Assembly: GCA_041748615.1 (NCBI GenBank)
Contig: JBGTCY010000015.1
Span: 9,040-73,039, forward strand
Length of the DNA: 64,000 bases
Origin: Chitinophagales bacterium
GTDB lineage: Bacteria; Bacteroidota; Bacteroidia; Chitinophagales; CAIOSU01
Direction: 5' to 3'
Positions 39,397 to 49,058 of the stretch are shown piece after piece; the first letter of the stretch is position 1, and each line of letters opens with the position of its first letter. The position numbers were made by a program, and so were the translations under genes. The notes beneath the pieces were generated by a model. That model saw only the letters and a list, made by a program, of their open reading frames with translations, did no database searches and was not told the origin of the DNA.

Positions 39397-40293
39397 TTAA
39401 TTTCCATCCAACGCTGCCGCACCGCTGACGATTTCAGTCAACTCGGTGGTGATGGCGGCTTGGCGGGCGCGGTTATAGGAAATTTTCAAATCGCGCAGCA
39501 GTTCGGTGGCGTTATCAGTGGCTTTATCCATCGCAGTCATGCGGGCGCCATGCTCGGAAGCGTTATTGTCGAGTACGGCTTTGTAAAACTGCGTTTTAAG
39601 GATTTTTGGAACAAGATATTCGAGGATTTCTTTCTTGCCAGGCTCGTAAATAAAATCCGGTACTTTTTTGTTTTTTTCCGCATTCACTGATTCCATTTTC
39701 GGAATGGGGAGAAAAGGCTCATTGGTGATAATTTGAGTAGCAGCGTTTTTAAAATGGCTGTAAACAAACTCCACCGAATCATATTTACCGCTGAGAAAAC
39801 CATTCATGGCATAATCGGCAGCTTTGGATACCTGTTCAAAATTTAAATTGAAAAACAAACCCAGAAAATCTTTATTGACCGGGTAAGCCTCTTTTTTGAA
39901 ATAACCATAACCCTTACTGCCGATGGTCATAATTTCTACTTTCCCCCGGCTCGCCTGTTCTTTATATTTATTCTGAATTAAAAAACGGGTTTGCTTAATC
40001 AAGTTGGTATTAAATCCGCCACAAAGACCTTTGTCGGAAGTAATGAGGATAATCAAAACACTTTTTAATTCCCTTTTTTTGGCAAACTCAATCTGCAAAT
40101 CACCTTCATTCCCGGAGAGAATATTACTCAGCATTTCAGAAAGCTTCAAAGAATATGGACGCATCTGTGTAATCGCTTCCTGCGCCCTTCTCAATTTTGC
40201 AGCCGAAACCATTTTCATGGCTTTGGTAATCTGCTGTGTTGAGATGACCGACTGAATGCGTGTTCTGACCTCTTTTAATTTACCTCCGGGCAT
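39397..40293 (-). CDS. atpG: F0F1 ATP synthase subunit gamma
   Basis: 298 aa. N-terminus LKEVRTRIQSVISTQQITKAMKMVSAAKLRRAQ, C-terminus ITTELTEIVSGAAAL. Confidence 0.95.
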   Translation of the reverse strand: MPGGKLKEVRTRIQSVISTQQITKAMKMVSAAKLRRAQEAITQMRPYSLKLSEMLSNILSGNEGDLQIEFAKKRELKSVLIILITSDKGLCGGFNTNLIKQTRFLIQNKYKEQASRGKVEIMTIGSKGYGYFKKEAYPVNKDFLGLFFNLNFEQVSKAADYAMNGFLSGKYDSVEFVYSHFKNAATQIITNEPFLPIPKMESVNAEKNKKVPDFIYEPGKKEILEYLVPKILKTQFYKAVLDNNASEHGARMTAMDKATDNATELLRDLKISYNRARQAAITTELTEIVSGAAALDGN

Positions 40294-40399
40294 GCTGGTT
40301 TATAGTTTATAGTCTAATGTTTAATGTTGAAAGTTGAAATGAAACATTTAAGTAGATGGATTAAGAAATTTTGAAGGCATATTTGATAAACTTCAACTC

Positions 40400-41980
40400 T
40401 TAACCTTTAAACTTCTCTACCAACTCCTTTGCCAATCCCTCAATCGTTTTTATCACATCATCTTTAAATTCACCGGCTCTCAATGAATCAAGTTCTTTGC
40501 GGAAACGGGTTTCCAATTGCAGATGGAATTCTTTTTCGAATTCATTCACTTTATTGACCGGCACTTTGCTCAACAAACCTTTCGTACCGCAATAGATGAT
40601 AGCAATCTGGTTTTCTACCGCGAGGGGTGAATGCAGATTCTGCTTCAGGATTTCCACGTTGCGCGCGCCTTTGTCCAACACCGCTTTGGTAGCAGGGTCA
40701 AGGTCGGAGCCGAACTTGGAAAATGCTTCCAATTCACGATATTGAGCCTGGTCGAGTTTCAGCGTACCCGCCACTTTTTTCATTGATTTAATCTGGGCGT
40801 TACCACCTACACGTGACACCGAAATACCTACGTTGATAGCGGGACGCACACCGGCATTAAACAGGTTGGTTTCCAAAAATATCTGTCCATCGGTGATGGA
40901 AATCACGTTGGTGGGGATGTATGCAGAAACGTCACCCGCCTGTGTTTCGATAATCGGCAAAGCTGTCAATGAACCTCCACCTTTAACAATCGGTTTCAGG
41001 TTGTCTGGCAAGTCATTCATGTTTTTTGCAATATCATCTTTCTCGATAATTTTCGCGGCACGTTCCAGCAAACGGGAGTGCAAATAGAACACGTCACCGG
41101 GATATGCTTCGCGTCCGGGAGGACGTTTCAGCAACAACGAAACTTCACGATAAGATACCGCCTGTTTTGACAAATCGTCATAAACAATCAATGCCGGACG
41201 TCCGGTATCGCGGAAATACTCACCAATGGAACAACCGGAAAAAGGAGCATAAACCTGCAAGGGTGCCGGGTCGGAAGCGGTTGCTGCAACAATCACCGTG
41301 TATGCCATCGCGCCATGGTCTTCCAATGTTTTGGCTACGTTGGCAACGGTGGACGCTTTTTGCCCGCAAGCCACATAGATACAATAAACAGGTTCACCGC
41401 GGTCGTAAAATTCTTTTTGATTGATAATTGTATCCAAAGCGATGGCGGTTTTACCGGTTTGACGGTCACCGATAATCAACTCACGCTGACCGCGACCAAT
41501 CGGAATCATCGCGTCAATCGCTTTAATACCGGTTTGAAGCGGCTCTTTCACCGGTTGGCGGTAAATCACTCCGGGCGCTTTTCTTTCCAACGGCATCTCA
41601 AATAATTCACCCTGAATCGGACCTTTTCCGTCAATCGGTGCGCCCAGGGTATTCACCACGCGACCAACCATGCCCTCCCCTACATTGATGGATGCAATCA
41701 CTCCTGTTCTGCGCACGGAAACGCCTTCGCGAATATCCTGTGAACCTCCCATGAGAATCACACCCACATTATCTTCCTCAAGGTTCATCACAATCGCGCG
41801 AACTCCGTTTTCAAATTCCACTAACTCACCGGCTCTCGCTTTTGTGAGTCCGTAAACGCGGGCAATACCATCGCCCACTTCCAAAACAGTACCCACCTCT
41901 TCAAGGTCGGCTTCGGATTTGATGCCGGAAAGCTGCGCTCTCAGGATTGCAGAAATTTCATCGGCTTTTACTTCTACCAT
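40400..41980 (-). CDS. atpA: F0F1 ATP synthase subunit alpha
   Basis: 526 aa. Walker A GDRQTGKT, canonical alpha-subunit sequence throughout. Confidence 0.98.
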   Translation of the reverse strand: MVEVKADEISAILRAQLSGIKSEADLEEVGTVLEVGDGIARVYGLTKARAGELVEFENGVRAIVMNLEEDNVGVILMGGSQDIREGVSVRRTGVIASINVGEGMVGRVVNTLGAPIDGKGPIQGELFEMPLERKAPGVIYRQPVKEPLQTGIKAIDAMIPIGRGQRELIIGDRQTGKTAIALDTIINQKEFYDRGEPVYCIYVACGQKASTVANVAKTLEDHGAMAYTVIVAATASDPAPLQVYAPFSGCSIGEYFRDTGRPALIVYDDLSKQAVSYREVSLLLKRPPGREAYPGDVFYLHSRLLERAAKIIEKDDIAKNMNDLPDNLKPIVKGGGSLTALPIIETQAGDVSAYIPTNVISITDGQIFLETNLFNAGVRPAINVGISVSRVGGNAQIKSMKKVAGTLKLDQAQYRELEAFSKFGSDLDPATKAVLDKGARNVEILKQNLHSPLAVENQIAIIYCGTKGLLSKVPVNKVNEFEKEFHLQLETRFRKELDSLRAGEFKDDVIKTIEGLAKELVEKFKG

Positions 41981-42002
41981 TTTATCTTGCTTTTAAAATG
42001 CG

Positions 42003-42566
42003 TTAACGTAAATTTTTTAAATACTCATTGTTTTCGAGTCCTTTCCTATAGATGCCCAGGTTCTTCGAAATGCTGGCATCATATCTTTTATCTCCGTATC
42101 GGAGAATAAATCCTCCGATTAAACTTTCATCAATCTCGGTAGTGAGTTTCACATTTTTCAGTTGCGCCTGCACTTTCACCTTGCTGATTAACTTGTCAAT
42201 TTCGGTTTTGTCCATAGGCGCGGCAATGGTGAGCCGAACCTGCGTGATTTCACTGAATACATCATACTGCCGGAGGAAACTATCCACGATGTCTTTCAGA
42301 AAAACATCTCTTTTTTTGCGGGTAATCAGTTTAAAAAAAGTCATGGTCAACTCTCCGACCTTACCTTTGGTGACCGATTCGATGATTTTTAATTTCTTGT
42401 CACTGCTAATCACCGGACTGCTTAAAACCACTCTGAATTCCCTGCTGATTTCCATCAACTTTTTAAGATAAAGCTGGTCCTGGTAAACCTCCTCCAACTT
42501 CCCTTTTTCTACCGCGAAGTCAAGCAATGATTTGGCATATCGTGTGGCTAATCGAATCGAGTGCAT
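42003..42566 (-). CDS. atpH: F0F1 ATP synthase subunit delta (OSCP)
   Basis: 187 aa. ATRYAKSLLDFA N-terminus and position between atpF and atpA. Confidence 0.88.
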   Translation of the reverse strand: MHSIRLATRYAKSLLDFAVEKGKLEEVYQDQLYLKKLMEISREFRVVLSSPVISSDKKLKIIESVTKGKVGELTMTFFKLITRKKRDVFLKDIVDSFLRQYDVFSEITQVRLTIAAPMDKTEIDKLISKVKVQAQLKNVKLTTEIDESLIGGFILRYGDKRYDASISKNLGIYRKGLENNEYLKNLR

Positions 42567-42567
42567 T

Positions 42568-43065
42568 TCAGTTCAACTTCATTTCATGAACAATACCGGC
42601 TACATACTTATCGTGTTCCTGCTTGTCTTTCAATTCACGTTTGAGGATTTCCTCAGAAATTTTAACCGCCAGCAATCCTACCTGATTTTTCACATCCGTC
42701 AGGGCTGCCATCTTCTGGTTCTCAATTTCACGCTTGGCGTTTTCCACGATTTTGTGGGCTTCCTCTCTCGCTTTTTCTTTCGCCTCATTAATCATTCTAT
42801 CCTGTACTTCGCGCGCCTCCTTCAGGATTTTGCCGCGTTCTTCTTTCGCCTCCGCAAGAATCTTTTCATTGTCGGATTTCAGCTTCGCCATTTCATCACG
42901 GGCTTTTTCCGCTTCATGCAATGAGCGTTCAATAGATTGCTCACGCTCATCAAGGGCGGAGAGAATGGGTTTCCACGCGAACTTTTTCAAAATGAAAAGC
43001 ACGGAGATAAAAACTATCAGGGTCCACAGTAGTAACCCCGGATCCGGATTCAGCAGATTATCCAT
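42568..43065 (-). CDS. atpF: F0F1 ATP synthase subunit b
   Basis: One N-terminal TM helix followed by a long charged helix. Operon position supports the call. Confidence 0.88.
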   Translation of the reverse strand: MDNLLNPDPGLLLWTLIVFISVLFILKKFAWKPILSALDEREQSIERSLHEAEKARDEMAKLKSDNEKILAEAKEERGKILKEAREVQDRMINEAKEKAREEAHKIVENAKREIENQKMAALTDVKNQVGLLAVKISEEILKRELKDKQEHDKYVAGIVHEMKLN

Positions 43066-43154
43066 AGCTGTTTTTTAATCATCAATAAATAAAACCCCCA
43101 TCTGAATTTCTGAAAATTCGATGAAGCAACGCTCTGTTCAGAGCCGACTTGCAA

Positions 43155-43400
43155 TTAACCGTTTGCCAGCAAACAAATTACCGCACCAAACAGCGCCACA
43201 CCTTCGATGAAGGCTGCAAGGATTAAAGCGGTTGTTCTGACATCACCGCTTGCCTCAGGCTGACGGGCAATGGCTTCTGTAGCGCTGCCGCCAATTCTGC
43301 CGATACCAAGACCGGTTCCCAATACGACTAAACCTACACCGATACCTGCTCCGAGAGGTCCAAAAGATTCAATTGCAAGAAAGATAGTGTCTAATAACAT
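43155..43400 (-). CDS. atpE: F0F1 ATP synthase subunit c
   Basis: 81-aa helical hairpin proteolipid with the ARQPE loop motif and a conserved carboxylate (FIEGVALF). Confidence 0.93.
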   Translation of the reverse strand: MLLDTIFLAIESFGPLGAGIGVGLVVLGTGLGIGRIGGSATEAIARQPEASGDVRTTALILAAFIEGVALFGAVICLLANG

Positions 43401-43439
43401 TTTTAATGATTGTTTATGGTTAAAAAAATATTTTCCTGA

Positions 43440-44579
43440 TTAATGATGTGCCGGTTCTTCCACTGCCTGACCGATAAATAAAGCCGTCAACAGCGTGAAG
43501 ATATATGCCTGCAAAGCGGCAACCAGCAATTTGATTAAATACATAAATACCGTGAAGGCAACCATCGCCACACCAACTCCCAACGAACCCGCTTTGCCAA
43601 TCTGCGGTCCTAAAATAAATATCAGGCTAATCAGGCTCAACACCAGGATGTGACCGGCAGTGATGTTCGCGAACAAACGAATCATCAAGGCAAAGGGTTT
43701 GGTGATGATGCCTACCAATTCAATCGGAATCAAAATAAACTTTACCGGAACAGGAACGCCCGGAGGCCAAAGCATGTGTCCCCAGTAATGTTTGTTGCCA
43801 CTGCCTACAATTAAAAGGAGGGAGAGGACCGCTAAGATAAATGTGACCGCGATATTTCCTGTGACATTGGTGGAGCCGGGGAAAAAGGGTACCAAGCCAA
43901 TCAGGTTATTTATCCAAATGAAAAAGAATAAAGTGAGCAGATAAGGTAAATACTTGTTGTATTTTTTTTCTCCGATGGATTTGCGGGCGATTTCATCCCG
44001 CACGAAAATGATGATTGGCTCAAGAAACGACTGCATTCCCTTCGGAGCTTTTCCTTCGCGGGTTCGGTAGGCATTGGCAGCGGGAATAAACAGTAAAAAC
44101 ATCACCAACACACCCACCATCATACTGAACACATTTTTAGTAATGGAAATATCATAAAAACCCGCCCTGGAAACTTCAAAATTTTGTCCCTGATAAATCA
44201 CCTGCGCTTGCCCGTTTTCACCGGTAGTCCAGTCCACTTCTACATTTCCGGCCGGGAAGTCGCCTTCCGCTTTCATGAGCCTGCCGTGGTTAAGTACGAA
44301 CCCGTCAATGGCGTTTTTTCCATGATGAAACTTACTTGAAAGCATGAATCGCAATCCGGTTTCTTGAGAATAAAAAATGACCGGCAAGGGGAAAGACAAA
44401 TCCCCGACAATATGAAATTCATTCTGGTCGCCAATGTGGTGAGCAATCATCGCGGTTGGGTCAAACTTGCCCTCTTTGTTTCCGGCAGCAAAACTGTCGA
44501 GCGGAAAAAATGCACAGAATAAAAATAATGAAAAGACGAATATTAAAACTTCGCTTCTTTGTTTCTCTTTAATTTCCAA
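43440..44579 (-). CDS. atpB: F0F1 ATP synthase subunit a (with long N-terminal extension)
   Basis: C-terminal core ...LMIRLFANITAGH.......L. TTG start. Operon position supports the call. Confidence 0.9.
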   Translation of the reverse strand: MEIKEKQRSEVLIFVFSLFLFCAFFPLDSFAAGNKEGKFDPTAMIAHHIGDQNEFHIVGDLSFPLPVIFYSQETGLRFMLSSKFHHGKNAIDGFVLNHGRLMKAEGDFPAGNVEVDWTTGENGQAQVIYQGQNFEVSRAGFYDISITKNVFSMMVGVLVMFLLFIPAANAYRTREGKAPKGMQSFLEPIIIFVRDEIARKSIGEKKYNKYLPYLLTLFFFIWINNLIGLVPFFPGSTNVTGNIAVTFILAVLSLLLIVGSGNKHYWGHMLWPPGVPVPVKFILIPIELVGIITKPFALMIRLFANITAGHILVLSLISLIFILGPQIGKAGSLGVGVAMVAFTVFMYLIKLLVAALQAYIFTLLTALFIGQAVEEPAHH

Positions 44580-44755
44580 GTAGTTAGAGTTGATTTTTCT
44601 TGATTTTGAAGCATTTTCCTTAAAATCGGTGCGAAGATAGACACTTTTAAATGATTTGGAAAAAAATTAAGCGATGATTTTGTTTTTCATGCCTAAAAAT
44701 CATCCGTTAGCTTCTCCGAGAAGGAGATTATGAAAATTTTCAGAGATGCCTTTAG

Positions 44756-45229
44756 TTATTTCATTTTTCTTATCCGTTCAAAAAACGATTGCAGTAATCT
44801 CAGTTGAATGGTAATGGTAAGTATCATCAACCCTACTGAAAAAAACAAAAACTCTTTTTTGTAGAGGTAAAATAACGCGTTGATTTCAAGACCTTTTTTT
44901 TCCTGATTGGCTGTTAAAAAAAGATTGAGGTCATAGGTATCCATCATAAAAATCATCTCGTTGATTTTATCCAACACGACAAAAAACAGGATGCTGTTAA
45001 AAACAAACAGAGGAACTTGAACGGCAGTGAATTTTAAAAAGGGAATATTTTTATAATAAATTGTCCACCTGAAATAAGTGGCTGCGAGCGTTGCCATGAA
45101 AATATTGAGCGCCAGAAAATGCTGATTGATGAACCCCATCAAAGGATAGGCAACAATGAACGCGAATGCTACCGCAACCAAAATCCAAAACAACTCAACG
45201 GAGAATGTAAACAGGCGATATTTTATCAT
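44756..45229 (-). CDS. Hypothetical 4-TM membrane protein
   Basis: Four hydrophobic helices. The start overlaps the stop of the upstream M3 peptidase gene by 4 nt (ATGA). Confidence 0.55.
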   Translation of the reverse strand: MIKYRLFTFSVELFWILVAVAFAFIVAYPLMGFINQHFLALNIFMATLAATYFRWTIYYKNIPFLKFTAVQVPLFVFNSILFFVVLDKINEMIFMMDTYDLNLFLTANQEKKGLEINALFYLYKKEFLFFSVGLMILTITIQLRLLQSFFERIRKMK

Positions 45230-46965
45230 AATTGATTGTCGTCCACCGCGCTCAGCCAGCGGCTGACTTCATTAACCACCTCCGGAACAATCTGCTCGCC
45301 AAAAGGAGACTGCAACCCGGCATCATCTACCAATCCCAGGAAGGCTTTGCTTCCGCCTGATTTGCAGAGCGCGACATAGTCTTTCCATGCTCTTTCCGAC
45401 TCTTGTCTTGATTTCAGCCAAAACTGAAGCGCGCAAATCTGGGCAAGTGTGTAATCAATGTAGTAGAACGGGTTTTGGTAAATGTGACTTTGCTTCTGCC
45501 AGAGACCACCGTTTTCAAGATATTCATTACCGTCATAATCCCGGAGCGGCAGGTATTTTTTCTCGATTTCGCGCCATGCCTTTTTGCGTTCGGCCGGTGT
45601 AGCATCCGGATGTTCATAAACGAAATGCTGAAACTCATCCACGGTGACGCCATAAGGCAAAAACAGGAGCGCACCACTGAGATGCCCAAACTTGTATTTA
45701 TCAGTTTCTTCTTTGAAAAAAGATTCCATCCAGGGCCAGGTTAAAAATTCCATGCTCATCGAATGGATTTCACATGCTTCGTAAGTGGGCCAATGATATT
45801 CAGGCAATTCAAAATGACGGCTCATATAAACCTGGAACGCATGACCGGCTTCATGTGTGAGCACATCAATATCATGCGAGGTGCCGTTGAAGTTGGAAAA
45901 AATGTAAGGCGCGTGATAGTTGCTCAAATATGTGCAATATCCGCCTCCGGCTTTTCCGGCTTTATTTACCAAATCCATTAATTGGTGGTCGTTCATGAAT
46001 TTAAAAAACTCATCGGTTTCTTTTGAGAGTTCTTTGTACATGGCTTTTCCCTGCTCAATAATCCAGTCGGGGTTTCCCTTAGGGGTGGCGTTGCCATTTT
46101 TAAATAACAGCGGCTCATCATAAAATTTCAGGCTGCTGATACCTAACCTTTTAGCCTGTCTTTCTTTCAGGGCATTTGCAACCGGCACGACATGTTTTAA
46201 TATTTGCCCGCGGTAAAATTTCACATCTTCGGCATTGTAGTCGGTGCGCAACATGCGGGCATATCCCAATTCAACAAAATTTTCAAACCCTAATTTTTTC
46301 GCCATGCGGGTTCTCACTTTCACAAGGTCATCAAACATCCGGTCAAGCTGCGTTTCATTTTCTTTCATGAAGCCATATTTTGCTTCAGCCGCTCTCTTGC
46401 GCATATCGCGGTCGGTGGAAAGCTCAAAAGGAACCATTCCGGCAAGATTTCTTTCTTCGCCTTCAAACATGATTTTGGCGGAAGCCATCAGTTTGGTGTA
46501 TTCGCTTCGGAGTTCATTTTCAATGCGGAGGTCTTCCAAAATCACGGGGTCGAAAGTTTTCAGGCTGGTTTCGGCAATGGCGAACAACTGATGCCCCCAT
46601 TTTTTTTCGAGTTCAGCGCGATAGGCGGATTTTATCAAAGCCTGATAAAGTTTGTGTACCAACCCTTCAAACAAAGGAGAGTTCCGGTCAAAATATTTCT
46701 GCTCTGTTTCATAAAAAGCATCCCGCGTATCCACCGTATGCCGGATGGAAACCAGGTTACGGGCAGTTTCGAAATCATCACGCAGTTTATTGATTTTCGC
46801 GAGTGTTTCATTTTGCCGCTCACCGTTTTCTGCCCGGTTGAATTCAGCGATGAGTTCATTAAATGCTTTTTCAACCTTGTCAATGTCCGGTCTTTCGTAT
46901 TGAATATCGCTGAAGCGGAAAGTTTTCAATTCTGCCGGTTCCTGTGTTTTAAAAAAGGTTTTCAT
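45226..46965 (-). CDS. M3 family oligoendopeptidase (PepF-like)
   Basis: 579 aa. Zinc motif HEAGHAF with a downstream E (EIHSMSME). Confidence 0.85.
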   Translation of the reverse strand: MKTFFKTQEPAELKTFRFSDIQYERPDIDKVEKAFNELIAEFNRAENGERQNETLAKINKLRDDFETARNLVSIRHTVDTRDAFYETEQKYFDRNSPLFEGLVHKLYQALIKSAYRAELEKKWGHQLFAIAETSLKTFDPVILEDLRIENELRSEYTKLMASAKIMFEGEERNLAGMVPFELSTDRDMRKRAAEAKYGFMKENETQLDRMFDDLVKVRTRMAKKLGFENFVELGYARMLRTDYNAEDVKFYRGQILKHVVPVANALKERQAKRLGISSLKFYDEPLLFKNGNATPKGNPDWIIEQGKAMYKELSKETDEFFKFMNDHQLMDLVNKAGKAGGGYCTYLSNYHAPYIFSNFNGTSHDIDVLTHEAGHAFQVYMSRHFELPEYHWPTYEACEIHSMSMEFLTWPWMESFFKEETDKYKFGHLSGALLFLPYGVTVDEFQHFVYEHPDATPAERKKAWREIEKKYLPLRDYDGNEYLENGGLWQKQSHIYQNPFYYIDYTLAQICALQFWLKSRQESERAWKDYVALCKSGGSKAFLGLVDDAGLQSPFGEQIVPEVVNEVSRWLSAVDDNQL

Positions 46966-46983
46966 GCCAGATATATTTATTTA

Positions 46984-47409
46984 TTAATCAATTTTTCTTT
47001 TCACGTTGTAAACACCTTTACCTTCCGCGATGAGTTCAGAAGATTGATGATAGGCAATCATGCGTGTGACGATGATGCGGTTGCCGCTGCGCACCAGCTC
47101 GCCTTCCACCATGAGGTCAATCGGCTTGCCCGGTCGCAGGTAATCCACCCTGATGTCAATGGTGGATAGTTTGTCATCATGTGAAACAAGCGTAGTCATG
47201 GCTGCCGCTCCACCCACGGAATCCAGCGCGAGGGAAATGATGCCGCCATGCAATGCCTGAGTACGCGGGTCGCCTACCAATTCAGCTTTAAACGGAACCA
47301 AAAGTTTTGCAAACCCCTCCCTGATTTCAACTAATTGAATGCCGAGGTGCTTGTGCAGTGGAATAAAATCCTCAATGACCTGCCTGAAAAGTGATTCTTC
47401 AACAACCAT
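46984..47409 (-). CDS. PaaI/hotdog-fold thioesterase family protein
   Basis: 141 aa. Pattern ...P....LG........G.......F.......DP....HGG.I..L.D...G.A. Confidence 0.75.
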   Translation of the reverse strand: MVVEESLFRQVIEDFIPLHKHLGIQLVEIREGFAKLLVPFKAELVGDPRTQALHGGIISLALDSVGGAAAMTTLVSHDDKLSTIDIRVDYLRPGKPIDLMVEGELVRSGNRIIVTRMIAYHQSSELIAEGKGVYNVKRKID

Positions 47410-47566
47410 CCTTTGGTTTTGGGGCGGTCAAAAGTAGCATTTTAAAACGGAGGTTGAAAGAATTATCGGGAATAAAGGGGTTTAAGTTTAGGTTTTAAAG
47501 ATTTGATAACCCGGTTTCATTTTTATTCCTGTAGTACTTATCGCGGGTTATTCCATTTAATTTTAA

Positions 47567-47598
47567 TAGGGACGAGGGACGAATGTCGAGGGACGGCA
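47567..47598 (+). repeat. Interspersed repeat family R3 (TAGGGAC.AGGGACG..TGTCGAGGGACGGCA), copy 1
   Basis: 32 nt, 3 mismatches to 55062-55093, same orientation. Confidence 0.8.
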
Positions 47599-47668
47599 TT
47601 CAAAATTTATGCTATCCAAAATTTTCAAAAAACTGTTTAAGTTCATGCTTCTCATTTAACAAATTACT

Positions 47669-48322
47669 CTAAATCAGCTTTTGATTAATGGCATAGCGAA
47701 TCAAGCCCGCCATGCTTTTGATGCCCAATTTTTTGGAAATATTATAGCGGTGGGTATCAACTGTTCGCTTGCTGATGCGGAGTTGTTTGGCAATTTCAAG
47801 ATATGAATTGTCATTCGCCAGCATTCTCAGAATTTCTTCTTCACGCCTGGAAAGCACCCTTTTTTCTCCCGGCTGTGAGTCACCCGGATAAGTTACATTG
47901 CCGGAAGCGATATCATAAATCACTTTATCGGCTAATTCTTTTGAAACATATTTTTCTCCTTTCATCACCGCATGGATGGCTTCTATGATTTCACGCTGGT
48001 CGGCAGATTTCAACAAGTATCCGTCTGCTCCCGCTTTCAGCATGGTCAATACCTTTACGCGGTCATCATAAATACTGAAAGCCAGAATTTTCAAAGCGGG
48101 GTGTTCTTTTTTCAGCATTCTGGCGGTAGAAATGCCGTCTTTGCCTGGGATATTTAAGTCTAACATGACCAAATCCACTTTTGTATCTTTCAGCAGATTC
48201 ATCGCTTCATCAGAGTTGGAGGCTTCGCCCGCGACATTCAGTCCGTCAGCTAATTGCAAAATCGAACGCATCCCAAACCTGACAGCCGGATGGTCATCAA
48301 TGAGTAATATATTAATCATCAT
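47669..48322 (-). CDS. NarL/FixJ-type response regulator (REC + LuxR HTH)
   Basis: REC domain (LLIDDHP...DLVMLDLNIPGKDG) and LuxR HTH (LSRREEEILRMLANDNSYLEIAKQLRISKRTVDTHR.NI..KLG). Confidence 0.9.
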   Translation of the reverse strand: MMINILLIDDHPAVRFGMRSILQLADGLNVAGEASNSDEAMNLLKDTKVDLVMLDLNIPGKDGISTARMLKKEHPALKILAFSIYDDRVKVLTMLKAGADGYLLKSADQREIIEAIHAVMKGEKYVSKELADKVIYDIASGNVTYPGDSQPGEKRVLSRREEEILRMLANDNSYLEIAKQLRISKRTVDTHRYNISKKLGIKSMAGLIRYAINQKLI

Positions 48323-48413
48323 CTATGGAATTTGTTGCAAAATTAAGACTGTAATTTACTTCTTATTGTTGATACAAATATGATTATTTTGTAGGAATCG
48401 TCCTACAAAATTT

Positions 48414-49058
48414 TTACTGCCCGACCAACTCTAACTGATGTTCGGAGATATAGCGCGCCAAAGCGGCAACACTGTCAATTTTCAGCTTGATTAAAATACG
48501 CGCTTTATAGGTGCTGACCGTTTTGATGCTCAACAATAACATCTCCGCAATTTCACTGACTTTTTTCCCTTTACCCAACAGCAACATTACTTCGAATTCC
48601 CTGTCGGAGAGAAGATTGTGCGGCAACCGGTTTTTATATTCCAGGCTGATTTCTTCCACTAATAATACGGCTATTTCCGGGCTGATATATTTTTTCCCTT
48701 CAGCAACAGTGCGCAAAGCGGTGAACAGATTTTCTGGAGTGCTGTCTTTATTTAAATAACCCGATGCGCCTGCTTTTAACATCCTGATGGCGAATTGTTC
48801 TTCTGAAAACATACTCAAAATCAACACCTGCAGGTGCGGGTAAAGTTGTTTGATTTGCTTCAGCGTGTCCAACCCGCTTCTGCCGGGTAAAGCAATGTCG
48901 AGCACGACCACATCCGGTTGAATAATTCTCAGTTCTTTGAGTAATTCTTCTCCACTTGCCACTTCCGCCATCACGGAAATATTCCGGTTGGTTTCCAGGA
49001 GTTGCCTTAATCCTTTTCTTACGATGGCATGGTCATCACACAAAACAACGCTTATCAT
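48414..49058 (-). CDS. NarL/FixJ-type response regulator (REC + LuxR HTH)
   Basis: REC domain (VLCDDHAIVR...DVVVLDIALPGRSG) and LuxR HTH (LSDREFEVMLLLGKGKKVSEIAEMLLLSIKTVSTYK). The start overlaps the kinase stop by 4 nt. Confidence 0.9.
   Translation of the reverse strand: MISVVLCDDHAIVRKGLRQLLETNRNISVMAEVASGEELLKELRIIQPDVVVLDIALPGRSGLDTLKQIKQLYPHLQVLILSMFSEEQFAIRMLKAGASGYLNKDSTPENLFTALRTVAEGKKYISPEIAVLLVEEISLEYKNRLPHNLLSDREFEVMLLLGKGKKVSEIAEMLLLSIKTVSTYKARILIKLKIDSVAALARYISEHQLELVGQ

Noticed and set aside
39379-44579. atp operon ending at atpG with no atpD/atpC, only 17 nt separating the convergent adhesin 2 stop and atpG stop, and dnaN without an adjacent dnaA.
   Set aside because: A split atpBEFHAG / atpDC organisation and an unlinked dnaN are the normal arrangement in Bacteroidota. 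This is not evidence of rearrangement at this locus.
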